Source: a candidate division WWE3 bacterium (GTDB lineage Bacteria > Patescibacteriota > WWE3 > UBA101185 > UBA10185). Taken from it: DNA of 64,000 bases. Every line of letters starts with the position of its first letter. Within the stretch, counting starts at the first letter, position 1. A program made the translations under genes and the position numbers. Shown one piece after another: positions 29,091-38,496 of the stretch. The DNA is taken from the NCBI GenBank assembly GCA_014729135.1, contig WJKK01000001.1, forward strand, positions 325,462 to 389,461, given 5' to 3'. The notes beneath the pieces were generated by a model. The model had not been told where the DNA came from. It worked only from the letters and a program-made list of their open reading frames with translations, and searched no databases.

Positions 29091-30179
29091 ATGGAAAAAG
29101 AGGTGCAAAAAGAGCTTGATCCCAAAAAGTTTCATGTTCTGGATCAAACCAAGAAAAACATTCTTTTGGTGAGTTTAGCAGTTGTGGTTTTTGTTCTTAT
29201 GCCCTTTTTAACCTATTACTACATGAAATTTGCTGTAAATCGCCCCTCGCAAACTCCGGATGAGCACACCATTGAAATTAAATCGGGGTGGGGAGTTTCT
29301 AAGATTGCAGATGAACTTTACTCTGAAGACATAATAAATTCCGAATTTTTGTTCACGCTTTTCGTTTTGGTTAACAACTTAGAAGGTAATATTCAGGCCG
29401 GTGTTTATACTATTCCGGCGGGAACGTCTATTAAGGAGTTAGGTCAACTTTTGCAGCATGGAACTAAGGACGTGGCTATCACCCTTTTGGAGGGTTGGCG
29501 TGTGGAGCAGTTTGCTTTGGAGGCTTCGGAAATGTATGAAAATGTGAATTACGAGGATTTTGTGCATTTGGCGCAGGATGATGAGGGCTACCTTTTCCCC
29601 GATACTTACGTTTTTCCGTCTGATGTGACTACAGAGGTTATGGTGGAGCATTTAAAGGATACTTTTGAAACTAAAACTGCAGATGTTCTAACTCCGGAGG
29701 CACTTCAAAGAGCGGGTTTAACGGAGGATGAGGTTGTAATCATGGCTTCTATTGTGGAGCGTGAGGTAGCCGATCCCTACGATCGTCCTTTGGTAGCGGG
29801 AGTTTTAGTAAAGCGTTATAAGGATGATCAAACAATTGGAGCTGATGCTACTGTTCAGTACTATGCCTCATTGTTGCGTGTTGGTTGTACTTTAAATAGC
29901 GAAGCGGTTTGTCCTCATGAGGAAGTGGCTCGTGAAATTGACTGGTGGCCTTACAGCTTAACTTTGGAGGAGCTTGATTATGAATCGGATTACAACACTA
30001 GAAAATATGTAGGACTTCCTCCAGCGCCTATTTCCAGTGTGAGTGTTTCTGCTTTAGAGTCGGTTTTAAACTACAAGGAAACGTCCTACACTTATTATCT
30101 AACTGATAGAGAGGGCGTTACTCATTTTGCGGAAACACTGGAAGAGCACGAGAATAATATAAATCTTTACCTTCGCTAA
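29091..30179 (+). CDS. mltG: Endolytic transglycosylase MltG
   Basis: TM anchor, EGWR, EGYLFPDTY, ASIVERE, YNTRKYVGLPPAPI. Confidence 0.93.
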   Translation: MEKEVQKELDPKKFHVLDQTKKNILLVSLAVVVFVLMPFLTYYYMKFAVNRPSQTPDEHTIEIKSGWGVSKIADELYSEDIINSEFLFTLFVLVNNLEGNIQAGVYTIPAGTSIKELGQLLQHGTKDVAITLLEGWRVEQFALEASEMYENVNYEDFVHLAQDDEGYLFPDTYVFPSDVTTEVMVEHLKDTFETKTADVLTPEALQRAGLTEDEVVIMASIVEREVADPYDRPLVAGVLVKRYKDDQTIGADATVQYYASLLRVGCTLNSEAVCPHEEVAREIDWWPYSLTLEELDYESDYNTRKYVGLPPAPISSVSVSALESVLNYKETSYTYYLTDREGVTHFAETLEEHENNINLYLR

Positions 30180-30231
30180 TTTACTCTTTAATAGGAAAGT
30201 GCAAGTCCCTTTTTTCAAATCCCTTCTAGAG

Positions 30232-30663
30232 TCACTTCCCACAAAGCAAAGAAGCCTCCAAAAGCTCACGTGTCACATAAATCCCTTCCCTTTTTAAAAC
30301 ACTACTCTCAATTTCTAAAGGAATATTTAATAAACGTGCCGTTAAAAACCCCGAAAAGAAACTGGTAATAATTTTTCTAGGTACAATAAACTTCCTGGCC
30401 TTAATAATAGCTCGATAAGAATTATCCGCCCGCCCTTTAGAAATCACAATCCTCTTGATCTTTTGCTTGTTAAAGTTTTCAAAGAAAGCCCGCAAACTTG
30501 TTAATCCAGTGTGCTCCTTTTTAATAAGCGCTTCAACCAAAACAACACTAACCTCTATAGCCAGAAGCTGCTTGGTCTGCTTACAAAAAAAGTACGCTTG
30601 AAAGGTTGTTTTGTCTTTTTTCTCTTCCGGAATTACGGCAAGAAAATCTACCTTTCTGGACAT
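30232..30663 (-). CDS. Hypothetical protein, possibly a degenerate DUF151/bifunctional-nuclease fold
   Basis: TACAAT 6 nt before ATG 30663; loose pattern similarity only (I.I.....Y.A.I, A.LLNIPLEI...VL). Confidence 0.55.
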   Translation of the reverse strand: MSRKVDFLAVIPEEKKDKTTFQAYFFCKQTKQLLAIEVSVVLVEALIKKEHTGLTSLRAFFENFNKQKIKRIVISKGRADNSYRAIIKARKFIVPRKIITSFFSGFLTARLLNIPLEIESSVLKREGIYVTRELLEASLLCGK

Positions 30664-30704
30664 AGATTTATTGTACAAAGCAATTATTAAAATTGTATTA
30701 AGAC

Positions 30705-32651
30705 TTATTGGGAAATTCGAGCACGTTTTTCTTTAATGAAGTTTCTCCACCCTTCCAGAAACTCTATGAATGTGGAGAAAGGCATGTCTACAAGTGTGGA
30801 AAAAAAGACACTTACAAAGTTAAATTCTTTCCATTTGTCGGAAAGCCAACCGCCAATTCTAGCTAAAGGAATTGAGAAGAAATCCAGTAAAAATTCTAAG
30901 ATGCTGGTGCGCTCTTTAATGGAAAGCTCCTTGGATTTTTGACGAATTACCATGGCTGCAAAAACTACAACGGCTACATTTACGGTGTCAATGTAGAGTG
31001 AAGTGAAGGGAACTCCGGCAACCTTGAAAACCCAATAGATTAGGTAAAGTGATCCAAATCCTCCCAGTAAGTACATTACGGTAAAGAAGAAATTCTGGAC
31101 TTTTTTAATCTTTTTACTAAGCTTAATCTTATATGTCTGACGCTCCCCTTCCTTATAAATTATCTTTTTAATCTCTTCTTGAACCCTCTGTAAGTTATCG
31201 TCAGCTGGAGGTCTAATTATGCTAACAAGGAAGAACATTAAGGCCGTAGGAATCATGATGTCTGCAAATACTGCCCAGGCTGAAAATTCTCCATAGAAAA
31301 ACATGGCTACGGGATACTCAAAGATAAATAAACTTGCCGCACCTGCCACAAAAATTGACAATGTCGAATAAAAAGCACTTCTATACAAGCGCTTTTTCAA
31401 TGTTGACAGACGCTTTTCATAGGTTTCTTTTACCACTTGGGCTACTTTTTCAGGCTTTGCCAAGAATTCTTCAAAAGGCGTATCTTCTGTTTTTTCCTTT
31501 TGGATTTGTTTCATGGCGTCTGAAAGAATTAGATAAGCAGCATCATATTTTTCGCAAAGAGCACTAAACTCCCCTCTTTTGGGGTGTTCTAAATCCGCTT
31601 TAGTACTTTGCCAAATAGATTCAATGTTTTCCGTAAACTCCTTAGTAAATTCCAAATTATTTTCTGCAAAAAGAGGATAGCGCTTTTTTAAGACATGAAA
31701 AGTAATTACAGGTTCGTCTAGGTTGTAAAGAGTCCTATGAACGGCAATATAAGTTTGAATGTATTTGTCTTCTTCTGACAGTTTTTCTTCAGGAATAAGC
31801 TTTAAGTTTCCATACATTGCTTCTGTCATGAATTCAAGCATTGCAATGCCTTTATACGGGTAATCAAGGATTTCCTCAATTTCACAAGCAGCCACTTCTA
31901 GGATCCAGTTATAAAATTGCACTTTTGTTTTTATGGCCAGGGCGCTTTCTTTAGCATAAGGGCTGTTTTTTAAGATGTGGATGTACTTTTTAAGAACCAT
32001 TTCTATTTCGTCTATTTTGTCTTCCGGGATTTTTCCGTTTTCAAAATAACCTGTTCTAATGATTTCCAAGGTCATAGGACGTGCTATTTTTGCAGGTTCT
32101 AAGTCGGGAAGTATTGTAATTTCCGAAATTTCTGAAATAAGTCTTCGCTTTAAGATTCTTTCAATGGCTGTCCTTCGAACTAGGTGCTCTTCTTTCCAGT
32201 CAATTACTCGACGCATTTTCTCATAAAGCTTTGCTATTTTTGAGGCTATTTCGTCAACGTGAATGGGATTTTCGGGAGTTTTTTGTTTTTGTTTAACTGC
32301 ATGTTTGTAGTCTTGCAGGTATTTTTGCATTGTAGGGGTAAATGCAGTGTTCTCCCTTTCTTCCTGGTTTTTAGTTGTTTTCTCTGTTGTAGGGGTAAAG
32401 GTAGTGCTCTCTTTTTCTTCGGTTGCTACTGTTGTTGGGGGCAAATCCCTGGTGGTTTCTTTGTTAACTTCGGTTTTTTTAGCTTCCGAGGTAGCTTTTT
32501 GATCGATTTTAGGATCATCTTGCTTAACAGGGCCTTTCTTTGGAGACGCTGAATTCACTCCATTTTTTTGCGCTTTAGAGGCACCTTCAGCACGCTCTTG
32601 GGGGTCTTTTTCCTTGTTGTTATCCTGGTCCAGATAAATTACTCCTTGCAT
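30705..32651 (-). CDS. Conserved-type CPR membrane protein of unknown function
   Basis: 648 aa; disordered N-terminus, YEKMRRVIDWKEEHLVRRTAIERILKRR, four C-terminal TMs. Confidence 0.85.
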   Translation of the reverse strand: MQGVIYLDQDNNKEKDPQERAEGASKAQKNGVNSASPKKGPVKQDDPKIDQKATSEAKKTEVNKETTRDLPPTTVATEEKESTTFTPTTEKTTKNQEERENTAFTPTMQKYLQDYKHAVKQKQKTPENPIHVDEIASKIAKLYEKMRRVIDWKEEHLVRRTAIERILKRRLISEISEITILPDLEPAKIARPMTLEIIRTGYFENGKIPEDKIDEIEMVLKKYIHILKNSPYAKESALAIKTKVQFYNWILEVAACEIEEILDYPYKGIAMLEFMTEAMYGNLKLIPEEKLSEEDKYIQTYIAVHRTLYNLDEPVITFHVLKKRYPLFAENNLEFTKEFTENIESIWQSTKADLEHPKRGEFSALCEKYDAAYLILSDAMKQIQKEKTEDTPFEEFLAKPEKVAQVVKETYEKRLSTLKKRLYRSAFYSTLSIFVAGAASLFIFEYPVAMFFYGEFSAWAVFADIMIPTALMFFLVSIIRPPADDNLQRVQEEIKKIIYKEGERQTYKIKLSKKIKKVQNFFFTVMYLLGGFGSLYLIYWVFKVAGVPFTSLYIDTVNVAVVVFAAMVIRQKSKELSIKERTSILEFLLDFFSIPLARIGGWLSDKWKEFNFVSVFFSTLVDMPFSTFIEFLEGWRNFIKEKRARISQ

Positions 32652-32719
32652 ATCAAACGCTATTATACCGTATTATAGGATATTTTTCGAATTTAATGAC
32701 TCCATTGTATTATATATGT

Positions 32720-33397
32720 ATGAAGTCATTTTCGGTTAAAATTTCGAATATTGAGCCGGTTACTCATGATGTTAAGCGTTTTGTTGTGGAAAAGCCGGCA
32801 GGTTTTAAGTTTGTTCCGGGGCAGGCAACGGAGGTTTCTATTAATTTGCCGGAATGGAGGGAAAAGAAGCGTCCTTTTACGTTTACAAGTTTAAATTCCG
32901 AAGAAGTTTTGGAGTTTGTTATTAAAGCGTATCCTTCTCATGAAGGGGTTACGCAAAAGTTGCATACTTTAGAGCCGGGGGCTGAGATTTTAATTGGTGA
33001 GCCTTGGGGTACGATTAATTATTCCGGTAAGGGGGTGTTTTTGGCTGGAGGGGCAGGAGTTACTCCGTTTATTGCGATTTTTCGGGATTTACACAAGAAG
33101 GGTCAGCTAGAAGGCAACAAACTTATTTTTTCTAATAAAACTGATAAAGATGTGATTTTAGAAAAGGAGTTACGGGAGTATTTTGGAGATGCTGCTACTT
33201 TTGTTTTAACTGATCAGGAAAATGTTGATGCTTCCAAATATGAAAAAGCTTATATTGACAAGGAATATCTGTCTTCAAAAATTTCGGATTTTTCACAAAA
33301 GTTTTATGTATGTGGTCCTCCCGGTTTTGTTAAGGCTATGCGTGGTTCTCTAACTGACTTAGGCGCCTCCTCTGATGAAGTAGTTTTTGAGAAGTAG
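32720..33397 (+). CDS. Flavodoxin/ferredoxin-NAD(P) reductase family protein
   Basis: PGQA, RPFTFTS, AGGAGVTPF, YVCGPP, FE C-terminus. Confidence 0.9.
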   Translation: MKSFSVKISNIEPVTHDVKRFVVEKPAGFKFVPGQATEVSINLPEWREKKRPFTFTSLNSEEVLEFVIKAYPSHEGVTQKLHTLEPGAEILIGEPWGTINYSGKGVFLAGGAGVTPFIAIFRDLHKKGQLEGNKLIFSNKTDKDVILEKELREYFGDAATFVLTDQENVDASKYEKAYIDKEYLSSKISDFSQKFYVCGPPGFVKAMRGSLTDLGASSDEVVFEK

Positions 33398-33412
33398 TTT
33401 CAAAAACAATTT

Positions 33413-33925
33413 TTATAGTAAAGTTAGGCCTTTTACCATCTTTAGGATTTCCCGTATTTCCTGCTCTTCCTTTGAATCGATACTTTTCATATTGATAACC
33501 ACTTTTACTGAATATCCCCGCGGATTTACAGCATCTATATAGTATTTTTCTGTTCCACAGAAATCCTTTTGAGTTACGCTTTCTTGGCCTATCTGAAAAG
33601 TTCTTTCCATTGATTCTTGAGCTCCCATACAGCCCATACCCGTACTTGTATTGCTTAATTCTATTCTTGTTTCGCCTGCTTCATTTTTGAATTCTATTTT
33701 ACTTTTTTCGGATTCCCCTTCTTTTCTTACTGCTTTCCAATTAGATGGATATTTCAAACTAACTTGTTTTTCTTCCCACATGTACTGCTTCCATCCTCTT
33801 TTTAAGCCAAGTTTTGTAGATAGATCTTTGTTTCCTATGACGAATATGCCCAAAATAGCTACTGTGACGATGACGATAGCACCTAATTTTTTATTAATGT
33901 TTGCGGTTTTTTTGTTTTTACCCAT
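33413..33925 (-). CDS. Membrane-anchored exported protein (PsbP-like start)
   Basis: N-terminal TM, W..Y...SLKYPSNW motif. Confidence 0.7.
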   Translation of the reverse strand: MGKNKKTANINKKLGAIVIVTVAILGIFVIGNKDLSTKLGLKRGWKQYMWEEKQVSLKYPSNWKAVRKEGESEKSKIEFKNEAGETRIELSNTSTGMGCMGAQESMERTFQIGQESVTQKDFCGTEKYYIDAVNPRGYSVKVVINMKSIDSKEEQEIREILKMVKGLTLL

Positions 33926-33981
33926 ATTTATTTTCCTTTAATTCTAAATTTTTATTATGCGTTACATTGTTTAGCTTTAGA

Positions 33982-34803
33982 TTAACAGCCCAATAATTCG
34001 TAATCAAAATCAATTATACAATCCTTATAAACATTCGTATTGCCGGGAGTCACTTTAATTGTTCCTTCTCTAAAGGTGCATCCACCTGAGTGACAGGATT
34101 GATAGAATTGTTCAAGCTCCTCGGAATAAAAGATGTTTTTGTAAGGACCTAATTCCTTTATCCCTACAGAGTCATTGTAATAATAGATCTCGGGATCTTC
34201 ACTGTTCTTCAAGTGCTGCGGTATTTTTTGTTCACATGTTTCCCCGGGAAGAAAATACTGGTCAGAGTCCTTTTCATAAATAAAGGTATAAGAGTCCAGA
34301 TTTGTAAAATAAACGTATAATAAATGCTTTGTTCCCTCTGCTCTAGGGTACATACTAGGAGCTCCCAAAAGAAGATGAAGTTTTTCAGCTTTAATGATTC
34401 TGCTTTCTGCATATCCCCAAGAAAGTTCGCCCTCTATTTGTATTGGAACGTTAAGATAACTGTTAGCGTTCTTGTTTAGATCTTCGGGGAGATAGACCTC
34501 TAGCTTATTTAGTTTTGTGTCCTTATTTCCGCTCGCTGTAATGGGTTGGATGGCTTTATTTAGATAAAGTTGATACCAATAGTCTCCTAGTTGGAGCTCT
34601 TCCGGGATCCGCTCTTTTTTTAGAATGCCAACAAAAACGGAATTTTCTTTAGAGATTTTTTCCTCTTCGTGTGTGTAATCTTTAAGTCGTTTCTCGCTAT
34701 ATTTTGAGTTTTTTGAAAGTAAAAAGAAGCTTCCTAACACCCCAGTTACCGCGATTATTGCGAAGAGAAAGCTTGGGAGGAGTTTTGACGGAAATAATTT
34801 CAT
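33982..34803 (-). CDS. Exported hypothetical protein
   Basis: N-terminal hydrophobic helix, OB-like segment, Cys-containing C-terminus. Confidence 0.7.
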   Translation of the reverse strand: MKLFPSKLLPSFLFAIIAVTGVLGSFFLLSKNSKYSEKRLKDYTHEEEKISKENSVFVGILKKERIPEELQLGDYWYQLYLNKAIQPITASGNKDTKLNKLEVYLPEDLNKNANSYLNVPIQIEGELSWGYAESRIIKAEKLHLLLGAPSMYPRAEGTKHLLYVYFTNLDSYTFIYEKDSDQYFLPGETCEQKIPQHLKNSEDPEIYYYNDSVGIKELGPYKNIFYSEELEQFYQSCHSGGCTFREGTIKVTPGNTNVYKDCIIDFDYELLGC

Positions 34804-34854
34804 GTTTTATTTGAGAAGTTGTTTAAATAATAGCATGGGAGCCTTTCATCTCGA

Positions 34855-35045
34855 TTTTAGCATGCTAAAACTGCGCACAGTTTTCTAGCTGACTTTGGGA
34901 GTCACTTCAGAAGGAGTGGTTTTTGAGAAGTAATCTCAAAAAATCGTTTGTTTTTGGAAAAGCATTTTTGTATTTTTATTTCCGTTAATTGACACTTTAT
35001 GTATATTATCCGAAATAAAAACCTGTTTTTTAGATGCTCCTTCTG
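34855..35045. repeat. Palindrome-dense intergenic element with a dif-like site
   Basis: TTTTAGCATGCTAAAA (34855-34870), aaaactg/cagtttt, tttttgaga/tctcaaaaa, outer IR cagaaggag/ctccttctg, inner 14/16 IR, TTGACACTTTA-TGTATA-TTATCCGAAAT (34989-35016). Confidence 0.55.
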
Positions 35046-35104
35046 TGCCAGATAACTAATGCGTTTTTTCCGGGCGTTTTTAGGAGATATGCTAAAATCC
35101 CCAC

Positions 35105-35431
35105 ATGAAAGAGAAAATAACATTTGACGAATTTTCAAAACTAGACATAAAAATAGGTCAAATAAAAGAAGCGGAACGTGTGCCGGAATCCGATAAACTT
35201 ATTAAATTGCAGGTAGATTTAGGTGAGGAGACAAGGCAAGTAGTAGCCGGTTTTGGTAAGTTTTTTCAGCCGGAAGAGCTTCTTGGTGTCCAGGTTCCTG
35301 TGGTTGTGAATATGTCTCCTGTGAAGCTTATGGGAGTGGAAAGCAATGGAATGGTTTTAGCAGTAGATCCGGGAGGTTTGGTTTTGTTAACTCCGGATGA
35401 GGATGTGCCCAATGGCTCTGTTGTGAGGTAG
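35105..35431 (+). CDS. Stand-alone tRNA-binding OB protein (MetRS C-terminal/Trbp111/CsaA family)
   Basis: ITFDEFSKLDIKIG, SDKLIKLQVDLG, MGVESNGMVLA. Confidence 0.9.
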   Translation: MKEKITFDEFSKLDIKIGQIKEAERVPESDKLIKLQVDLGEETRQVVAGFGKFFQPEELLGVQVPVVVNMSPVKLMGVESNGMVLAVDPGGLVLLTPDEDVPNGSVVR

Positions 35432-35442
35432 TTGTGTTTGTT

Positions 35443-35634
35443 TTAGTAGCTTAGGACAAGTTGGATCATTTCTTTCAGCTGGATTTTCTCGCAATAATGG
35501 TTCCTGCCATCTTTTGTAAACGCAAAGTAACCTAGTTTACACTTGCCGTATCCACTGATATGAAATCCTAAGAAGAGAAATACTGACACCAAGATTAAGA
35601 AAATTTTTATGGTTTTTTGATTGAAAAACTTCAT
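35443..35634 (-). CDS. Small membrane/exported protein
   Basis: 63 aa, one TM, start 4 nt after the upstream stop. Confidence 0.55.
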   Translation of the reverse strand: MKFFNQKTIKIFLILVSVFLFLGFHISGYGKCKLGYFAFTKDGRNHYCEKIQLKEMIQLVLSY

Positions 35635-35638
35635 GTTT

Positions 35639-36028
35639 TTATTTAAGTTTCTTTAGTTCTATTACAGCCTCCTCAACAGTATCTACTAAAGTTCCTGCTC
35701 TTCGTGGGAACTCTATAGACCATTTGGGCTCTCTTTCATCCGGCCAGATGATTATCAAAGTTTTGCACCTGTCGCCGGGGGTTTCTGTATTAAGGGCAAG
35801 GAAATATCCCACTTCAATCCAAGTTCCCTCTGAGGGTTTAGTTCCTGGATATGCTATTAGAATTTCCGAGTCATAAATAGCTTGCAAATCCTGTGGGAAG
35901 AAGGTGTCCGGAGAGGATTGATCTGAATCCGTGTCTGGGTCATAGAAGTCGAATCCTTGTATGTTTTCAAATTGTTTTCTCCAAGGGTCGTATTGGTTGG
36001 GTTGTCCTGCTAGATATACTTTTTTCAT
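35639..36028 (-). CDS. Nucleoside 2-deoxyribosyltransferase-like protein
   Basis: KVYLAG, DLQAI...D/E.L.A, SEGTWIEVGY. Confidence 0.8.
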   Translation of the reverse strand: MKKVYLAGQPNQYDPWRKQFENIQGFDFYDPDTDSDQSSPDTFFPQDLQAIYDSEILIAYPGTKPSEGTWIEVGYFLALNTETPGDRCKTLIIIWPDEREPKWSIEFPRRAGTLVDTVEEAVIELKKLK

Positions 36029-36248
36029 GAGGAAATTGTACCAGTTTTGCGGTTTTGGCTATTTTTAGATAGCTATTCGCAATTTTCTACATCTGTGTTT
36101 TTTATTTGCTTATCTAGAGTCATTACATATTTTGGTGGAGCAGCCGTTAAAAGAGTTTTTTTTGACCGGGTTCTATGGAAATTGGACATAGCGGACTCTG
36201 CTTGCAACTTTTTACAATTGTGCGGGTTGTGATGCTAAAATGTAGCTG

Positions 36249-37163
36249 ATGTCAGATACTACCATTACTCTCATAGTTCCTACGCATAACGAACAGGATT
36301 TAATATGTGAGCGCTCACTGAAGACCCTGTCCCAACAGGAGCTTGGGGATCTGCGGTTGAAGGTATTGGTTATTCCAAATGGTTGTCAAGATGCCACAGC
36401 CAAGAACGCACGAAATTTCATTTCTAAACAATCGAAGAAAAATATATCATGGCAAGTTGAGGAACTTGAGCTAGGTCACCGAACAAAATCATTGAATTAT
36501 GGTATTTCTCTTGCAGAGACGGACATCGTAATGTATTTAAATCCCGATTGCATATTAGAACCAAATGCGATTAAGACAATGTACGACTGCATTACCGGAT
36601 CAGACAAGCTGAATTATGTTGGGATGCTTGAAGAACCTGATCTTAGCTTTTTAAAGGAAGGAACAATGTTGTATAAAACCATCCAGCTTCTTGCATATAA
36701 CCGAAAAATATCCGGTACGCATCCTCCCTCCGGGCGTTTTATTGCCTTTAGAAAGGAGATATTTCCCAAATTTCCGGAAATCCATTCTGAAGATACCTGG
36801 GCAAGTTTGTATACATACAAAGAATACGGTCCTGAGTCACTTAAGGTTTTTATGGGGCAAACAGTGAAGTTTATTCCCTATACCAATTGGATAGATTTTA
36901 TGAAGGTGGGGTCTCGCTATATGGAGGGAACATACGAAGTTTTTGAGAGATTTCCCGGATATGAAGAGGTGGATAAAAAGAGGGCTGCTGAAGGTAAGTT
37001 GGATGATGAGACTAGGATGAGTCTAATTGCAGATTTCTGCACAAAAAATGACATTGATATGGAGTTTGTGCAAAATATCAAGAACGTAATTTTTCCCTTA
37101 GTTGTGGAAAATACTAAATTGGTAAGGCAACTTAGTGATTCGGGAACGTGGGAGTTGGTTTAG
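36249..37163 (+). CDS. Glycosyltransferase family 2
   Basis: IVPTHNE, NGCQDAT, LNYG, NPD in the DxD position, SED. Confidence 0.8.
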   Translation: MSDTTITLIVPTHNEQDLICERSLKTLSQQELGDLRLKVLVIPNGCQDATAKNARNFISKQSKKNISWQVEELELGHRTKSLNYGISLAETDIVMYLNPDCILEPNAIKTMYDCITGSDKLNYVGMLEEPDLSFLKEGTMLYKTIQLLAYNRKISGTHPPSGRFIAFRKEIFPKFPEIHSEDTWASLYTYKEYGPESLKVFMGQTVKFIPYTNWIDFMKVGSRYMEGTYEVFERFPGYEEVDKKRAAEGKLDDETRMSLIADFCTKNDIDMEFVQNIKNVIFPLVVENTKLVRQLSDSGTWELV

Positions 37164-37209
37164 GAACCAGTTTGGGCTTATTTACTATTTGATTTTCGGA
37201 TTTTATTAT

Positions 37210-37348
37210 CTATTATAACCGTATAGTCTCCTTTGAGCCGGGACTGTTTCAGGATGTTCGTTGTCCCCATTTATCCCATAACCATGGTCGGGGTGTTGGG
37301 TGGTGACTCATTCGAGCGCGTTTACGCCCTAACTATATCCTATAGTGG
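37210..37348 (+). ncRNA. Candidate rod-shaped small RNA (6S-like)
   Basis: End pairing gtatagt/actatat extended by ctattata/tatagtgg; inner tgttcg/cgagcg, gtc/gac, ccattta/tgggtgg with G-U pairs on +; no ORF; GC-richer than its flanks. Confidence 0.45.
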
Positions 37349-37422
37349 TCAGAGTGACTGGACTTGAACCAGCGGCCCCCACTACCCCATAGTGGTGCTC
37401 TATCCAACTGAGCTACACTCTG
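37346..37422 (-). tRNA. tRNA-Pro(GGG), CCA encoded
   Basis: CAGAGTG TA GCTC-AGTTGGATA-GAGC A CCACT-ATGGGGT-AGTGG GGGCC GCTGG-TTCAAGT-CCAGT CACTCTG ACCA. Confidence 0.96.
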
Positions 37423-37442
37423 CCAAATTTCTAACGCCGAAA

Positions 37443-37489
37443 TTATAACACAAAAAATTCTTGACGATTTCGGTTATTCTTCGTATACT
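37443..37489. promoter_or_regulatory. Back-to-back divergent promoters (tRNA-Pro on -, nuclease gene on +)
   Basis: Minus TGtTATAAT at 37443-37451; plus TTGACG-17 bp-TATACT at 37461-37489. Confidence 0.65.
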
Positions 37490-37496
37490 TGATTCA

Positions 37497-38474
37497 ATGC
37501 CTGTACTTATTAACGTATCTTGTACAAATTGTGCCAGGAAGTTTCAAGTCCCCCTAAAAAGATTTAATGAATCCAAGAAAAAGGGCTGGAATTTTTATTG
37601 TAGTAGAGAGTGTCAAGGGGAATGCAAAAAGACCGGAAAAACATTGGTTTGTGACAATCCCGCTTGTTCGAAAACGTTTTACCGTATCAAAAGTGAGATT
37701 AACTCTACTAAAAATTTCTGTTCTCAAAGCTGCGCTGCTTCAGTAAATAACTTGGGGGTTACTAGAAATAAACAAGGTTGTCCTGAGAATTTCAAACGCT
37801 CCTCCTATTCGAGATCTAAACAAGCTAATGGAATATCTGCTCAGCAGCTGCTGTCGAAAAAATGTAGAAATCCTAAATGTGAAAAAAGTGTCCTTTCACC
37901 GCGCATTTATTGTTCCCATGAGTGTCACATGCACTCTGTTAAGAAAACAAAGGTTTACCATCAAGAAAAGGCATTGAAGGCCATTAAAAGTTTTGTTGAG
38001 GAGCACGGGCGCATCCCGTTTAAAAGAGAGGTGCCTGCTATTTACTCTCGCGCTAGGAGGGGTTTTGGTAGCTGGAATAAGGCAATTGAGGTGGCCGGCT
38101 ATAGGAAAAATCCTGTTCGCTTTGCAAAAAGAAAGAGGGCAAAGGATGGTCATATGTGTGACTCTTTTTCGGAAGCTTTAATTGATAATTGGCTAAGCAA
38201 ATAGGGTATTAAGCATGAGATTAATGTTTCCTATCCGGAGGAACCTGCTTTTACAGCCGATTTTGTAGTAAGGGATTATTGGATAGAATTTTTTGGTTTG
38301 CATGGAGAAATGGAAAAGTACGATAAAAACGTTTCAAAGAAGCTGGAAATAGCAAAAAAGTACAAAATAAACTTAATCAAACTTTATCCAAAACACCTCT
38401 TTCCAAAATCACAGCTGGATAGGGTACTTTCGGATGTTTTCTATCACCACGCCAAAGGCTGGGTAGCTCTCTAG
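37497..38474 (+). pseudogene. Zn-finger-repeat + homing-endonuclease-associated repeat + PD-(D/E)XK-type nuclease, interrupted by an in-frame TAG at 38202-38204
   Basis: Three CxxC...(F/Y)CSxxC repeats, FGSWNKAIEVAG, DGHMCDS.SE..IDNWL; after the TAG the same frame continues 89 aa with ADF...WIEFFG...YD....KK to TAG 38474. Confidence 0.8.
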
Positions 38475-38496
38475 CGTGGTCATTAAGAGTTAAATC

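Noticed and set aside
28762-29147. Three short ORFs between the AI-2E gene and mltG
   Set aside because: They overlap the RNase P RNA gene, which explains the GC-rich sequence
32331-32420. Imperfect 57-bp-period duplication (EEKESTTFTPT / EERENTAFTPT)
   Set aside because: Ordinary in-frame duplication in a disordered N-terminus
34989-35016. Chromosomal terminus dif site
   Set aside because: Dominant gene orientation and overall G/T bias stay on the + strand on both sides, and one arm is degenerate
34902-35138. 78-aa minus-strand ORF across the palindromic spacer
   Set aside because: Overlaps the 35105 gene start, no start signals, composition not protein-like
36047-36232. 61-aa ORF between divergent genes
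   Set aside because: TTG start, no promoter geometry or motif, overlaps the flanking promoter regions
37285-37295. CACCCCGACCA on the minus strand, resembling a duplicated tRNA-Pro 3' end (att site)
   Set aside because: Does not match the local tRNA end (CACTCTGACCA) well, no T-arm, no integrase; better explained as part of the candidate RNA hairpin
38202-38204. Stop-codon reassignment (TAG or TGA) as a genome-wide code
   Set aside because: TAG ends infB, mutL and fusA, and TGA ends ftsK and miaB, at expected positions; Trp is TGG
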